Of a stretch of DNA of 55,161 nucleotides, positions 26,301-36,691 are shown piece by piece. Within the stretch, counting starts at the first letter, position 1. Every line of letters starts with the position of its first letter. Origin of the DNA: Macrostomum lignano (Eukaryota); assembly GCA_002269645.1 (NCBI GenBank), contig NIVC01003494.1, positions 1 through 55,161 of the forward strand, read 5' to 3'. The position numbers were made by a program, and so were the translations under genes. The notes under the pieces are model-generated. The model ran no database searches. It saw only the letters and a program-made list of their open reading frames with translations, and had not been told where the DNA came from.

Positions 26301-27656
26301 GCGTCCTCAGAATGGGCCAGCGACTGCCTGTCGAACTCGGAGTTCTCCTCGGCGCAATCTGAGCCGGCAACAGAGGAGCCGCCACCGTCCATGCGTCGGC
26401 TGGCGGCGGCTCTTCGAGGCCTCTGCATGCCGCCGCCGCTGCTGGTGGCAGTCGGCGAAATTGACGATGTCGTTGAAGCTGCAGCTCCGGAGGCGGCGGC
26501 GGCATCGGCACGAAGGCGGACCACCAGTTCAGCGACGTCGTTGGCGGATTGGAGCTCCTGGGAGCCGGGCTTGTACACCGAGCGGGCGTTGCTGACCAGC
26601 AGGTCTAAATCAGCTGCGAAAGCCTCGAAATTGGCGTACTCGTCCGACTTCACCTTGGCCTTGAAAAGAAAGACAGGAAAGTGCTTGGAATCCTCGAAAT
26701 CCCATAGCAACGAATGTAAAATCCCCCAGTTCACACAGCAACGAATCTAAAATCCCCCAGTTCACACAGCAACGAATCTAAAATCCCCCAGTTCACACAG
26801 CAAAAAATCTAAAATCCGCCAGTTCCCATAGCAACGAATTAAGAATCTCCCAGTTCCCATAGCAACGAATCTAAAATCCCCCAGTTCTCATAGCAACAAT
26901 TCTAATAAAATACCCTAAATGTCATAGCAACGAATATAAAAACCCTGGACACCATAGCAACGAATCCAAAACCCCTAGATACCATAGCAACGAATCTAGA
27001 ATCCCCCAGTTCCCATAGCAACGAATTTAAAATTCCTAGTTCCCATAGCAACGAATTTGAAATCCCTAGATACCAAAGCAACGAATTAAAAAACTTCCAG
27101 TTGCCATAGCAACGAAACTAAAATTTTCCAGCTACTATAGCAACGACTTTTATAGCTAAAAATTTCAACTGTCATAATCTCATAGCAACGAAGTACAAAA
27201 TCCCCAGATGCCATAGCAACCCGTGTTCAACGCTTTCAATGCGACAATTACCAAGTACACGCAGCCCTAAGGAACCCTAGTTAGTCTCACCTGAATCCTA
27301 GTTAAATCGATGGGATTAGCCACTGACTCGAACAGCTCAGGCTGACTCCGCCGACTCGGCAGCCGGATAAACGGTTCGCAAATGAGAACACCATCGGCAG
27401 TTTTCGCTTGACGCAACGAATCCAACGCCTGCTGGCACTGGTCTGCAACGGATTTGGCTGCGGCTGCTGCGGCGGCGCCCAAACTGGCACCTTGGCGGCG
27501 CCGTTTGCGCAGCGCTAATCCAGCACCGGCGCCGGGCGCCACAATAGCCGAAGATGATGACTGATCGACAATTGAGCTGTGCAGAGAAGATTGATCATTG
27601 TTGCTGAAGCAGCTCTCCTCGCTAGTTAGCGAATCGCGACGGCTTCTCTTGGGCAT
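217..27656 (-). CDS. PBRM1: Polybromo-1 (BAF180, PBAF subunit), ~15 coding exons, ~1830 aa
   Basis: Phase-consistent exons: 27656-27291, 26659-26141, 23863-23512, 13877-13748, 13232-12887 (or -12923), 11074-10506, 8599-8131, 7305-6778, 6422-6219, 6030-5851, 5288-4993, 3786-3169, 2406-2290, 1532-995, 478-217. Six bromodomains (e.g. [14 protein letters not shown]...[18 protein letters not shown]), two BAH domains ([10 protein letters not shown]...DVYACE; GPWFLPP...DDVYICES), HMG box ([11 protein letters not shown]...[12 protein letters not shown]) and the PBRM1-type tail ([13 protein letters not shown]...[12 protein letters not shown]). Two 1-bp deletions (~5170, ~1398) must be corrected. Confidence 0.95.
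505..900. repeat. 22-bp minisatellite, PBRM1 intron 14
   Basis: Unit GGATAGTTGAGAATGGCACTCT. Confidence 0.9.
1597..2160. repeat. ~20-bp minisatellite, PBRM1 intron 13
   Basis: Unit CCCAACAGATCCCAAAATAC. Confidence 0.9.
2441..3137. repeat. 28/30-bp minisatellite, PBRM1 intron 12
   Basis: GAGGATCTGGGAGGCTGGCCCAGCAACT switching to GAGGATCTGGGAGGCTGGCACAGAGAATCA. Confidence 0.9.
3885..4965. repeat. 35-bp purine-rich minisatellite, PBRM1 intron 11
   Basis: Unit GAGGGTGAGAGGGAGATAAGAGACGGAGAGTAGAT. Confidence 0.9.
5368..5832. repeat. ~21-bp G-rich minisatellite, PBRM1 intron 10
   Basis: Unit GGGGACAGGGGATTGGGACTC; G-run spacing compatible with G-quadruplexes on the + strand. Confidence 0.9.
6097..6211. 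repeat. (CAGA)n microsatellite, PBRM1 intron 9
   Basis: Direct tetranucleotide run. Confidence 0.95.
6474..6757. repeat. 20-bp minisatellite, PBRM1 intron 8
   Basis: Unit GGGGTGTCAGAAGGAGCACT. Confidence 0.9.
7312..8100. repeat. 42-bp minisatellite, PBRM1 intron 7
   Basis: Unit GGGATAACTAATCCCAGGTGAGTCATAACAATATCCCATAGC. Confidence 0.9.
8655..8995. repeat. 20-bp minisatellite, PBRM1 intron 6
   Basis: Unit GAGCACAGATGACCTTCAAT alternating with variants. Confidence 0.85.
9565..10402. repeat. 23-bp minisatellite, PBRM1 intron 6
   Basis: Unit AAGGGCGATTCTTCAGGCTGTTT. Confidence 0.9.
11187..11475. repeat. Degenerate (CAGA)n microsatellite, PBRM1 intron 5
   Basis: Direct tetranucleotide run with interruptions. 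Confidence 0.9.
12145..12820. repeat. 23-bp minisatellite, PBRM1 intron 5
   Basis: Unit CAGGGCGATTCTCAGGGACAGTT. Confidence 0.9.
13357..13730. repeat. 21-bp minisatellite, PBRM1 intron 4
   Basis: Unit CCTAATTACATTAGACATACG. Confidence 0.9.
14490..23450. repeat. ~9-kb 18/19-bp satellite with higher-order structure, PBRM1 intron 3
   Basis: Monomers GGGATAAATGATGAAAATA, GGGATAAATGATGAGAAT, GGGATAAATGATGAAAAT and GGGATAAATGGTGAAGATG, often as a 6-monomer ~112-bp unit. Confidence 0.97.
23910..26078. repeat. 15-bp satellite with two sub-arrays, PBRM1 intron 2
   Basis: CTCATGTGTCTCACT in a 50-bp higher-order unit (23910-25100), then CATGTGACTCAC(TCT/CAC) (25270-26078). Confidence 0.95.
26698..27222. 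repeat. ~31-bp minisatellite carrying RFX X-box-like motifs, PBRM1 intron 1
   Basis: Unit AAAATCCCCCAGTTCCCATAGCAACGAATCT; about 17 degenerate copies. Confidence 0.85.
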
Positions 27657-27879
27657 GATTGACAGTTCAGTTCCGACTGCTGATTTTGTTATGATTTATT
27701 GCTCTCTGGCAGACTGACTTGGTTAATTATCGCTGGAATGTGGGTGGTTTTTTAAACAATAACTACTACTGCTAGTATGCGGATACAGACAGGGTGGACT
27801 GGATACACGATGGACACAAATTAAATTGACACCAAATAATTTAATATATAGACAAGATAAGGCTGGGCCAAGACCAGAT

Positions 27880-28680
27880 GGGGTGAGGGGTGGACACAGA
27901 CCAGTAGGGGTGGACACACACCAGTAGGGGTGGACACAGACCAGTAGGGGTGGACACAGACCAGTAGGGGTGGACACACACCAGTAGGGGTGGACACAGA
28001 CCAGTAGGGGTGGACACAGACCAGTAGGGGTGGACACACACCAGTAGGGGTGGACACACACCAGAAGGGGTGGACACAGACCTAATAGAGTGGACACAGG
28101 CCAGATGGAATGGACACAAAAACAGAAGGGTGGACACAGAACAGAAGGGGTGGACACAGACCAAATGGAGTGGACACAGGCCAGAAGGGGTGGACACAGA
28201 CCTAATAGAGTGGACACAGAACAGAAGGGTAGACACAGACCTAATAGAGTGGACACAGGCCAGATGGAATGGACACAGAATAGTAGGGATAGACACAGGC
28301 CAGATGGAATGGACACAGAACAGAAGGGTGGACACAGACCTAATAGAGTGGACACAGACCAAATGGAGTGGACACAGAACAGAAACATGGACAAAGACCT
28401 GATAGAGTGGACACAGGCCAGATGGAGTGGACACAGGCCAGAAGGGGTGGACACAGATCAGGTGGGGTGGACACAGAACAGAAACGATGGACACAGACCA
28501 GATGGGGTGGACACAGGCCAGAAGGGGTGGACACAGATCAGGTGGGGTGGACACAGAACAGAAACGATGGACACAGACCAGATGGGGTGGACACAGAACA
28601 GAAGGGATGGACACAGACCAGGTGGAGTGGACACAGAACAGTAGGGATGAACACAGACCAGATAGAGTGGACACAGACAA
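27880..28680. repeat. ~20-bp minisatellite upstream of PBRM1
   Basis: Core GTGGACACAGA; unit GGGGTGGACACAGACCAGTA and variants. Confidence 0.9.
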
Positions 28681-29264
28681 GATTTGGGTGGACTTACAGT
28701 CCAGTTAGGAAGGCGGGATCAATCTGACGGAGGTCATAAACGAAGTACAATGTGTAGAGTCAAAGGCAGCATAAAATTAGAAAACTGCCGACTTAACTAA
28801 ACCATGTTCCCTAAGATTAATCATAAAACTTTAAGACACGAACTAATAGCGTTTAAGAGCATAGTAAGTCCTAAAAAAACTAAATTGATAACAAGACTGA
28901 CTATTTGTTAACTGAATAAGGCTAGCCTAAATCAGTTCATAAGTATTTAATTAAAATAGTACAATGTTTAAAAAAGGAAATTTAATCTTTCAATACGCGG
29001 TCGAACCGCCCGCTATGTGTTACTGACAGTAACAAGTAAAGCCTGGTAATTGAATATTTACACTTTGTTTATCAATCAATCAGTTCAATTGTTAAAAAAA
29101 CATGTACACACAGAAAATCATTGCTAAAACACGATGAACACAAAGAATTATTTTTCGAGTATTTTAGCATAAGAGTGCAATGCGTTGTAGGTACAATTCC
29201 CCCATACCTATATCAGTCTTCATGGACCTTTTAAACCCTGGCTACAAGAGTATTTACCATAAGT

Positions 29265-29870
29265 CATGACCTCACGAAACACAAAGACCTCCTCAAGGCC
29301 GTGACCTTGTGTGACACCGAGGCCACCGTAGTTTCATTTCAAGGTCATGACCTTGTGTGACACTGAGACTCCTGTAGATTCATTTCAAGGTCATAACCTT
29401 GTGTAACACCGAGACCCCTGTAGCTTCATTTCAAGGTCATGACCTTGTGTGACACTGAGACTCCTGTAGCTTCATTTCAAGGCCGTGACCTTTTGTGACA
29501 CCGAGGCCACCGTAGTTTCATTTCAAGGTCATGACCTTGTGTGACACTGAGACTCCTGTAGCTTCATTTCAAGGTCATAACCTTGTGTAACACCGAGACC
29601 CCTGTAGCTTCATTTCAAGGTCATGACCTTGTGTGACACCGAGACTCCTGTAGCTTCATTTCAAGGTCATGACCTTGTGTGACACCAAGGCCACCGTAGT
29701 TTCATTTCAAGGTCATAACCTTGTGTGACACCGAGGCCACCGTAGTTTCATTTTAAGGTCATGACCTTGTGTGACACCGAGACCCCTGTAGCTTCATTTC
29801 AAGGTCATGACCTTGTGTGACACCGAGACTCCTGTAGCTTCATTTCAAGGTCGAAACCTCATGAGACACT
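29265..29870. repeat. 46-bp minisatellite between ZCCHC8 and PBRM1
   Basis: Unit CATGACCTTGTGTGACACCGAGACTCCTGTAGCTTCATTTCAAGGT. Confidence 0.9.
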
Positions 29871-30086
29871 GCGACCCTATATTAGCCCCATCTAGCGTCA
29901 ATAGGACCTACTAAAATACATTACTTTCCCGAGATCGACATTAAGGCTAAGCGTATATTACAGCAATAGTAATGGACAACCAACGAACTAAAGCAAGATC
30001 CCGAATCAGCTGTCTTCAATCAATTAGTCTGTTAATTCATTGCAGCAGAAAGAATCCCGAATTTCAAGAGAAAAAGAAAATCCTCG

Positions 30087-32108
30087 CTACGCAATCTTTG
30101 GCAGACTTTCGCGAATCTTCTTCACAACAGCGTTCACTTTGGTGTAGCCGCCGACAGCGTTAGGCAGATTCTCAAAGGGCCTAAACTGTTCGATATCCCT
30201 ATTGAAGCTGGACTGATCCGGCAGCTTAGCGGCACCTTTATAGCTGGCAAAGACTGGCGAGCCAAACTGGGTGCTGACAACGGCTACTGGCGAGACCAGA
30301 CTGGACGACAAGTCGGCGTGGTCTTCTGCTTTTTCTTTATCTTCGGCATCGCGACTGTTGCAATCTTCGCCCCGATCGGAGCAACTGTCAAGCTCTTCTA
30401 AATCGCCGTTCTCTTCTAATTGGCGCAACAATTCCATTCTCTGGGCCTCTAGATCGTCTAAATCCGCTTCCTCCTCCTCTTCTGCATCATTATTGTCATA
30501 CTGTTCGTCGGTATCCTCCTCCCCGGCTGCGGCAGAGTTCCGTCCGGACTTATCCCTCTCAGCAGCCGCTGCCTCGCGCACCCGCCTGGTGTGATAGGCA
30601 TCCACAGCGTGTATCTGGTTCCTGCCCGCCAGCCAGTGCACAAAGGTTGACAGGTGATCGTCCAGACGCATTGACGGATAGCCCAGCCTGCGATGCTCAT
30701 CGCGCACGCCATGCGGCAGCGGACAGTTGAATCCGGGAAACTTCACCAGCTTGCTGACGTCATACTTCACTTCGCCGGCTTCAGGCCTGGCCTCGTTCCG
30801 ATTGTTGGCGTCGTCGTCTATGATGGTGACGCCGCTGGATTGGAAGCGCGCCTCCAACAGCCAGCCGGGCGGGTAGCCGAGCTCGCGCATTCGGTACACG
30901 TGATTGGGCAGCTCGTCCGGCTCCAGGCCCAGCGCCGACCGCAGCCGCTCGCTGAGCACTCCAGGCCGGAAGCCGCCCAGCTCTCCTTGACCGACTCCGC
31001 CGGTTCCGTCCTCGGCGCTGGCAGCGATGCTGTCAAAGAATCTGGAATTAAGCGCCGCGCGCGAAAATCGAGAACGGCGCATCTTTGGCGGCGCGTCAGC
31101 TGACGGATCGTCAATGGCGCCGTCTGCGCTGGCGCCGGCGCCCAATTCTCCTGAAGAAACTGACCTGAAAACGAAACAAAGAGAAGTTTTATCTTAACAG
31201 CACACAATATATTACAAGCAACACTATAGTGCACTAGCATTAAAGCAGTATTTAACAACACTGTAGGAAACACAGGTCCAATAAACACACGAATGTAAAA
31301 ACGACTATTTTATAAACGACACTAAGCACCAATTAAATAAACACAACACTGCATTAAATCACACAACTACGAACACCGATCCCTAAGCACAATAAACACC
31401 AATGGCACCAATGGCTGCCATAAACACGATAAACACAAAAAACGAATGTCATTGCAGAACACAATAAACACTAAACACCAACGCCATAAACACAATAAAC
31501 ACCGATGCCATAAACACAATAAACAATAAACACCAATGCCATAAACACAATACACAATAAACACAAAACACAAATGCCATAAACACAATACACAATAAAC
31601 ACAAAACACCAATGCCATAAATACAATAAACACCAATGCCATAAACACAATACACAATAAACACAAAACACCAATGCCATAAATACAATAAACACCAATG
31701 CCATAAACACAATACAGAATAAACACAAAACACCAATGCCATAAATACAATAAACACCAATGCCATAAACACATCCCACAAACATCGGCAAACACTACCG
31801 GAACTGCACACGAACCTATAAAACAGTTTGGCCTCGCCCCCCGCGGTAGCGGCAGCAGGATCCCAGATCTCGGACACTCTTGGCCGCTTCCGTTTGCCGC
31901 CAGTGGAACGACGCGATTCCTGCGCCGCCGCCGCCGCCTCCGCCGCCCTGCCAATCGGAGGCAGCTGTTGCAGATCCTGCTTCTGTTGCAGATCCTGCTT
32001 CTGTTGCAGATTCTGCTTTGAAGTGTCAATATAAAATGAAGACGCAGCAGCAGCAGCAGCAGCCTCATCAGCAGGCTCGCTAGGCTCAGTGTCAATGTAG
32101 AAACTCAT
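30087..32108 (-). CDS. ZCCHC8: ZCCHC8-like PSP-domain protein (NEXT complex scaffold), 2 exons, ~456 aa
   Basis: Exons 32108-31816 and 31164-30087, phase-2 GT-AG intron. PSP domain FRPGVLSERLRSALGLEPDELPNHVYRMRELGYPPGWL, acidic region, and C-terminal FENLPNAVGGYTKV resembling the ZCCHC8 tail. No zinc knuckle seen. Confidence 0.8.
31385..31775. repeat. AC-rich variable minisatellite, ZCCHC8 intron
   Basis: ATAAACACAATAAACACCAATGCC and expansions. Confidence 0.85.
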
Positions 32109-32569
32109 TATTATGATAATTTCAAATATAGCTGAAAGTTAAAAAACACATCTTTTCGATACATATCGGATATTTAGTTTATGCCCATTCCGCTCACCTC
32201 CGATCAAGCACCCGCTCACTCAGGGTGTACAGTAGCCCTCACGGGCGACAACCAACTGAGTTCTACTTTGCCCAACCCAAATCTATACAGTGCATGCACA
32301 TTTAGGCGCCTAAACTGTTAAAAGTTACAAAGGATTTTAAGATGATAAAAATTAGAGAAACGAAACAATCTAACGCAAGAATCAGTGGAAGAAGATCAAC
32401 AAGTCATGCTAATTATTATTAAAGATCCATTAAATTTATAAAATCACACGATTATTTTCGTGAAAAAGCACTCATAGTTTGGCTACTCAAAGTTTGATAG
32501 TAGTATGATAAGGCCATTTTCAGAATTCTAGAAAATATAAGTATCGAAAAGAAATGTCATTTCAATTAA

Positions 32570-33133
32570 TATGGAAGGATTTCCTGGTATGGGAGGACTT
32601 CCTTATATGGGAGGATTTCCTTGTATGCGAGGATTTCCTTATATGGGAGGATTTCCTTATATGGGCGGATTTCCATATACGGGAGGATTTCCTTATATGG
32701 GCGGATTTCCTTATATGGGCGGATTTCCTTACATGGGAGGATTTCCTTATATGTTAGGATTTCCTTATAAGGGAGGATTTCCTTATATTGGCGGATTTCC
32801 TTATATGGGAGGATTTCCTTATATGGGCGGATTTCCATATACGGGAGGATTTCCTTATATGGGCGGATTTCCTTATATGGGCGGATTTCCTTACATGGGA
32901 GGATTTCCTTATATGGTAGGATTTCCTTATATGGTAGGATTTCCTTATAAGGGAGGATTTCCTTATATGGGCGGATTTCCTTATATGGGCGGATTTCCTT
33001 ATATGGGCGGATTTCCTTATATGGGCGGATTTCCTTATATGGGAGGGTTTCCTTATATGGGCGGATTTCCTTATATGGGCGGATTTCCTTATATGGGCGG
33101 ATTTCCATAAATGGGCGGATTTCCTTATATGGA
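32570..33133. repeat. 18-bp minisatellite just 3' of the PECR stop
   Basis: Unit GGCGGATTTCCTTATATG. Confidence 0.93.
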
Positions 33134-33156
33134 AGTAATCATTTTCAACAATTCTC

Positions 33157-35135
33157 TCATAATTTCGCTTTGCTAGACTCTTCCCAGTACCAGCCTTCGG
33201 CGGGTTCGAACTCGGGCACGTCGAAGAACTGGGTTCGGTAGAGACTGACCGCTCCATCAACGTACAGGGTCTGTCCGGTGACGTAACCAGCCGCAGGCGA
33301 GCACAGGAACGCTACAGCAGCCGAGATCTCCTCAACGTGACCAAATCTTCGAGCAGGCACCCGAGCTTTCGATCGGAGAAACACCTCTCTACCCTGTTCG
33401 CCATAGTTAGCCACCGCAGTCTCCGAATAGATAATCCCTGGCGCCACGCAGTTAATCCTAATCCGATCGCTGGCCCACTCTACCGCAAGCGTTTTCGATA
33501 GGTTTTCAACGGCAGATCGGGCCGCGGCCGAGTGAGCGAACATGGGCCAGCCTTTGTAGGCGTCCATCACTATGTTAACAATGCTGCCACCGTTCCGCTT
33601 CATCCACTGACGGTGGGCCTCTCGGATGCACAGGAATGTGCCAGTCAGATTGGTCTCGATCACCGCGTTCCAGCCCTGTTGGTGTTTATGGCAACGCGAG
33701 GAAATATGGAATTTCACTGCTTAATGAAAAAGGAGATGGAGCGGAAAGGGGAGAAAGGGAGTGGAAAAGGGGAGAATGGGAGCGAAAAAGGGGAGAACAG
33801 GAGCGGAACAGAGATGGGGGAGCGGAAGAGAGAAGGGGAGCAGAAAAGGGGAGAAAGGGGAGCGGAACAGGAAGATGGGGGAGCGGAACAGGAAGATGGG
33901 GGAGCGGAACAGGAAGCGGAGCGGAACAGGGATGAGCGGAGCAGGCAGGGGGAGCGGAAAAGGGAGGGGAGCGGAAAATGGGAGGGGAGCGGAAAAGGGA
34001 GGGGGAGCGGAACAGGGAGGGAGAGCAAAACAGGGAGGGGGAGCGGAACAGGGAGGGGGAGCGGAACAGGGAGGGGGAGCGGAACAGTGAGGGGGAGCGG
34101 AACAGTGAAGGGGGAGCGGAACAGGGAGGGGGAGCGGAACGTGGAGGGGGAGCGGAACAGTCAGGGGGAGCGGAACATGGAGGGGGAACGGAACAGGGAG
34201 GGGGAGCGGAACAGGGAGGGAGAGCGGAACAGTCAGGGGGAGCGGAACAGTGAGGGGGAGCGGAACAGTGAGGGAGAGCGGAACAGGAACAGGGAGGGGG
34301 AGCGGAACAGGGAGGGGGAGCGGAACAGTCAGGGGAAGCGGAACATGGAGGGGGAGCGGAACATGGAGGGGGAGCGGAACAGGGAGGGGGAGCGGAACAT
34401 GGAGGGGGAGCGAAACAGGGAGGGGGAGCGGAACGTGGAGGGGGAGCGGAACAGTCAGGGGGAGCGGAACATGGAGGGGGAACGGAACAGGGAGGGGGAG
34501 AGGAACATGGAGGGGGAGCGGAACAGGGAGGGGGAGCGGAACGTGGAGGGGGAGCGGAACAGGGAGGGGGAGCGGAACGTGGAGGGGGAGCGGAACAGTC
34601 AGGGGGAGCGGAACAGGGAGGGGGAGCGGAACAGGAAGGGGGAGCGGAACATGGAGGGGGAGCGGAACAGGGAGGGGGAGCGGAACATGGAGGGGGAGCG
34701 GAACAGTGAGGGGGAGCGGAACATGGAGGGGGAGCGGAAAAGGGAGAAACGCAGCAGGAGCCGTGACGAGAGCCTCACCTTAAGCTTCATGTCCGAGGCC
34801 GGACACACAAACTGTCCGCCGCCATTATTAACTAGAAAATCTAATCGGCCAAATTTGTCCAATGTTTCGGACACGAGTCTCTGAACGTCGGCCTCTTGTC
34901 GAATATTGCACACGGTGTGGTGAACTCGGGCGCCTTCGCGACAGTCCACTGCGAGTTTCTCAGCCGCAGCGGCCAGACGGTCTGCTTTGCGCGATGCAAT
35001 GACAACACTGCAGCCGAGGTGGGCCAGCTCGCGGCTGATAGCCTGCCCGATTCCGGTGCCGCCGCCGGTTACTATGGCAACGCGCGATTTAAATAGGCCA
35101 GGAGCGAATACAGATTTTACAGCGGAGTTGGCCAT
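33157..35135 (-). CDS. PECR: Peroxisomal trans-2-enoyl-CoA reductase (SDR family), 2 exons, 291 aa
   Basis: Exons 35135-34779 and 33675-33157 (phase 0). TGGGTGIG Rossmann motif, NNGGGQF, HSAAARSAVENL, NCVAPG, YVTGQTLYVDG; ends AKL (PTS1). Confidence 0.9.
33730..34745. repeat. 18-bp G/A-rich minisatellite, PECR intron
   Basis: Unit GAGGGGGAGCGGAACAGG / ...AACATG. Confidence 0.9.
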
Positions 35136-35279
35136 TTCAAATCTCGAGTGAAAGTGTAAAAAGATACTACTGCATGCAAGTAGTTGCAGACTAGTAAGTT
35201 GATGATGGTATTTAATTTTATAGTGTAAAAGTTGCATTAATAAGGTTAGTGGCATGAATAACTATGACTTATAGTGAAA

Positions 35280-35425
35280 GTTAATTTTGTGCGTGGCGAC
35301 CCCCCAGTCCTTGGGACTGAACAGCCGTACGCAGCCTTCAGATGCGCCGTGCAATAGCTGTGGCTGAGCTGTCGGTTTCACATCTGCCCAATAGGGCAGG
35401 TGTAACCAATTATTATTATTATCAT
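35280..35425 (+). mobile_element. Putative 5'-truncated retroposon (SINE/LINE 3' end)
   Basis: GC-rich insert ending in hairpin CTGCCC-AATA-GGGCAG plus an (ATT)n tail; flanked by repeated TTATAGTGAA (35269 and 35426). Confidence 0.5.
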
Positions 35426-36115
35426 TATAGTGAAGATAACGTCAGATCTCGCGTCAAATTTGAATTTAAAATTTAATAAACTACACAACATCTCTATCCT
35501 CTATTCTTGGCAGTTTTTTGGTTTCTTCGTGAGAATTTTCTGTCCCTATGGCTATCCTAGAAACTCATGAAATTCATGAATGACAAGTTCACTACAGATC
35601 AAGACAAAAGGGAGATGGATCAGATGAGAAAAGAGTTCCTATGATTTTTTTGCCTTTTTGGGAATCCAATTGGTGGTGTTCAAGAAAAAACCCTTAGACC
35701 TGTTTAAAATAATTGACACCTGCAAAAAATAATCTAAGCTGACCATTTAGGAAGCTATGTACATTAAGGCCATCAAAACAAACTTTAATACTCAATTAGC
35801 AGGGAATGGTGCAAGCCAACAACTGAATGTGTTCTGAGGTGTGGAGGTGTACATTTGTATATGTACTCTTTAACTGCTTTATCCGACTACACAACCTTCT
35901 ATCTCATGCTAAAAATGCACATCAACTGTCTCTCACCTATTGGACTATTTATATATACCTCTATGGATTGTTAAAATAAAAAACATTTTGTTTGTTCATT
36001 TAATATATTGTCCTAACAATAAATACTTTAGTTGAAATGCATTGGCTCTACAAATAATGTTGGCTCTAACATTCAACTATAATAAAAAACTTTTCAAATT
36101 TTGCTTGTATATTTG

Positions 36116-36691
36116 CCAGTGTGCGGATCATGTATCCATATATGCCAGATCAAATTCGGGCATCGGGGACTTTGTATGCCAGTGTATACCAAAAACAAAA
36201 TGTTGCGCTAAAATGTATGCCAAAAATTCCTAAACAGGTAATTTGGTTTTTACAAGTAGTTTTTTAAGAAAGGCTTTTGTATGAAGTGTTTTTAAAACAT
36301 TACAAATATTTTCAGTTTAAACAAACTTAAGTAATACCTACAAAAATATGACGCAATAATTGATACTCATAGCAAAACTTTATTCTAATTTTATTTATTG
36401 TGAATTTCAATGAAGCAAAAAGTTTATCACTGACAATAAAAATTTTCCTTTACTTTATATAAAAATGTTAATTTACACTACACTACAATTTTCATGCATG
36501 GCATGAATTTATTCACCAAAATTTGTATGCCAAAAAAGTATGCATGGCTGTGTTACTTGTATACACCAATAGTGTATGCCAACAAAGTTTGCCAGGGGTT
36601 GTGTATGCCAATTATGTATGCCAAGGACTTAGGGTAGCTGTTTTGTATGCTAGAAAAGTTCTGGCATACATGCATACCATCCACAACCTGG
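36116..36691. mobile_element. Non-autonomous DNA transposon (MITE), CCA...TGG termini, 8-bp TSD
   Basis: TSD TATATTTG at 36108-36115 and 36692-36699; degenerate ~35-bp TIR; many internal GTATGCC motifs. Confidence 0.72.

Noticed and set aside
7312-29870. CRISPR-like appearance of the 31-46-bp repeat arrays
   Set aside because: Units are head-to-tail with no unique spacers, there are no cas genes and the context is eukaryotic.
500-34884. Numerous repeat-derived ORFs (GFPYMG, GERNRE, DRQT, WTQ, collagen-like GDWDSG, YLLT etc.)
   Set aside because: Each coincides with a tandem array, is open in several frames and lacks splice or start context.
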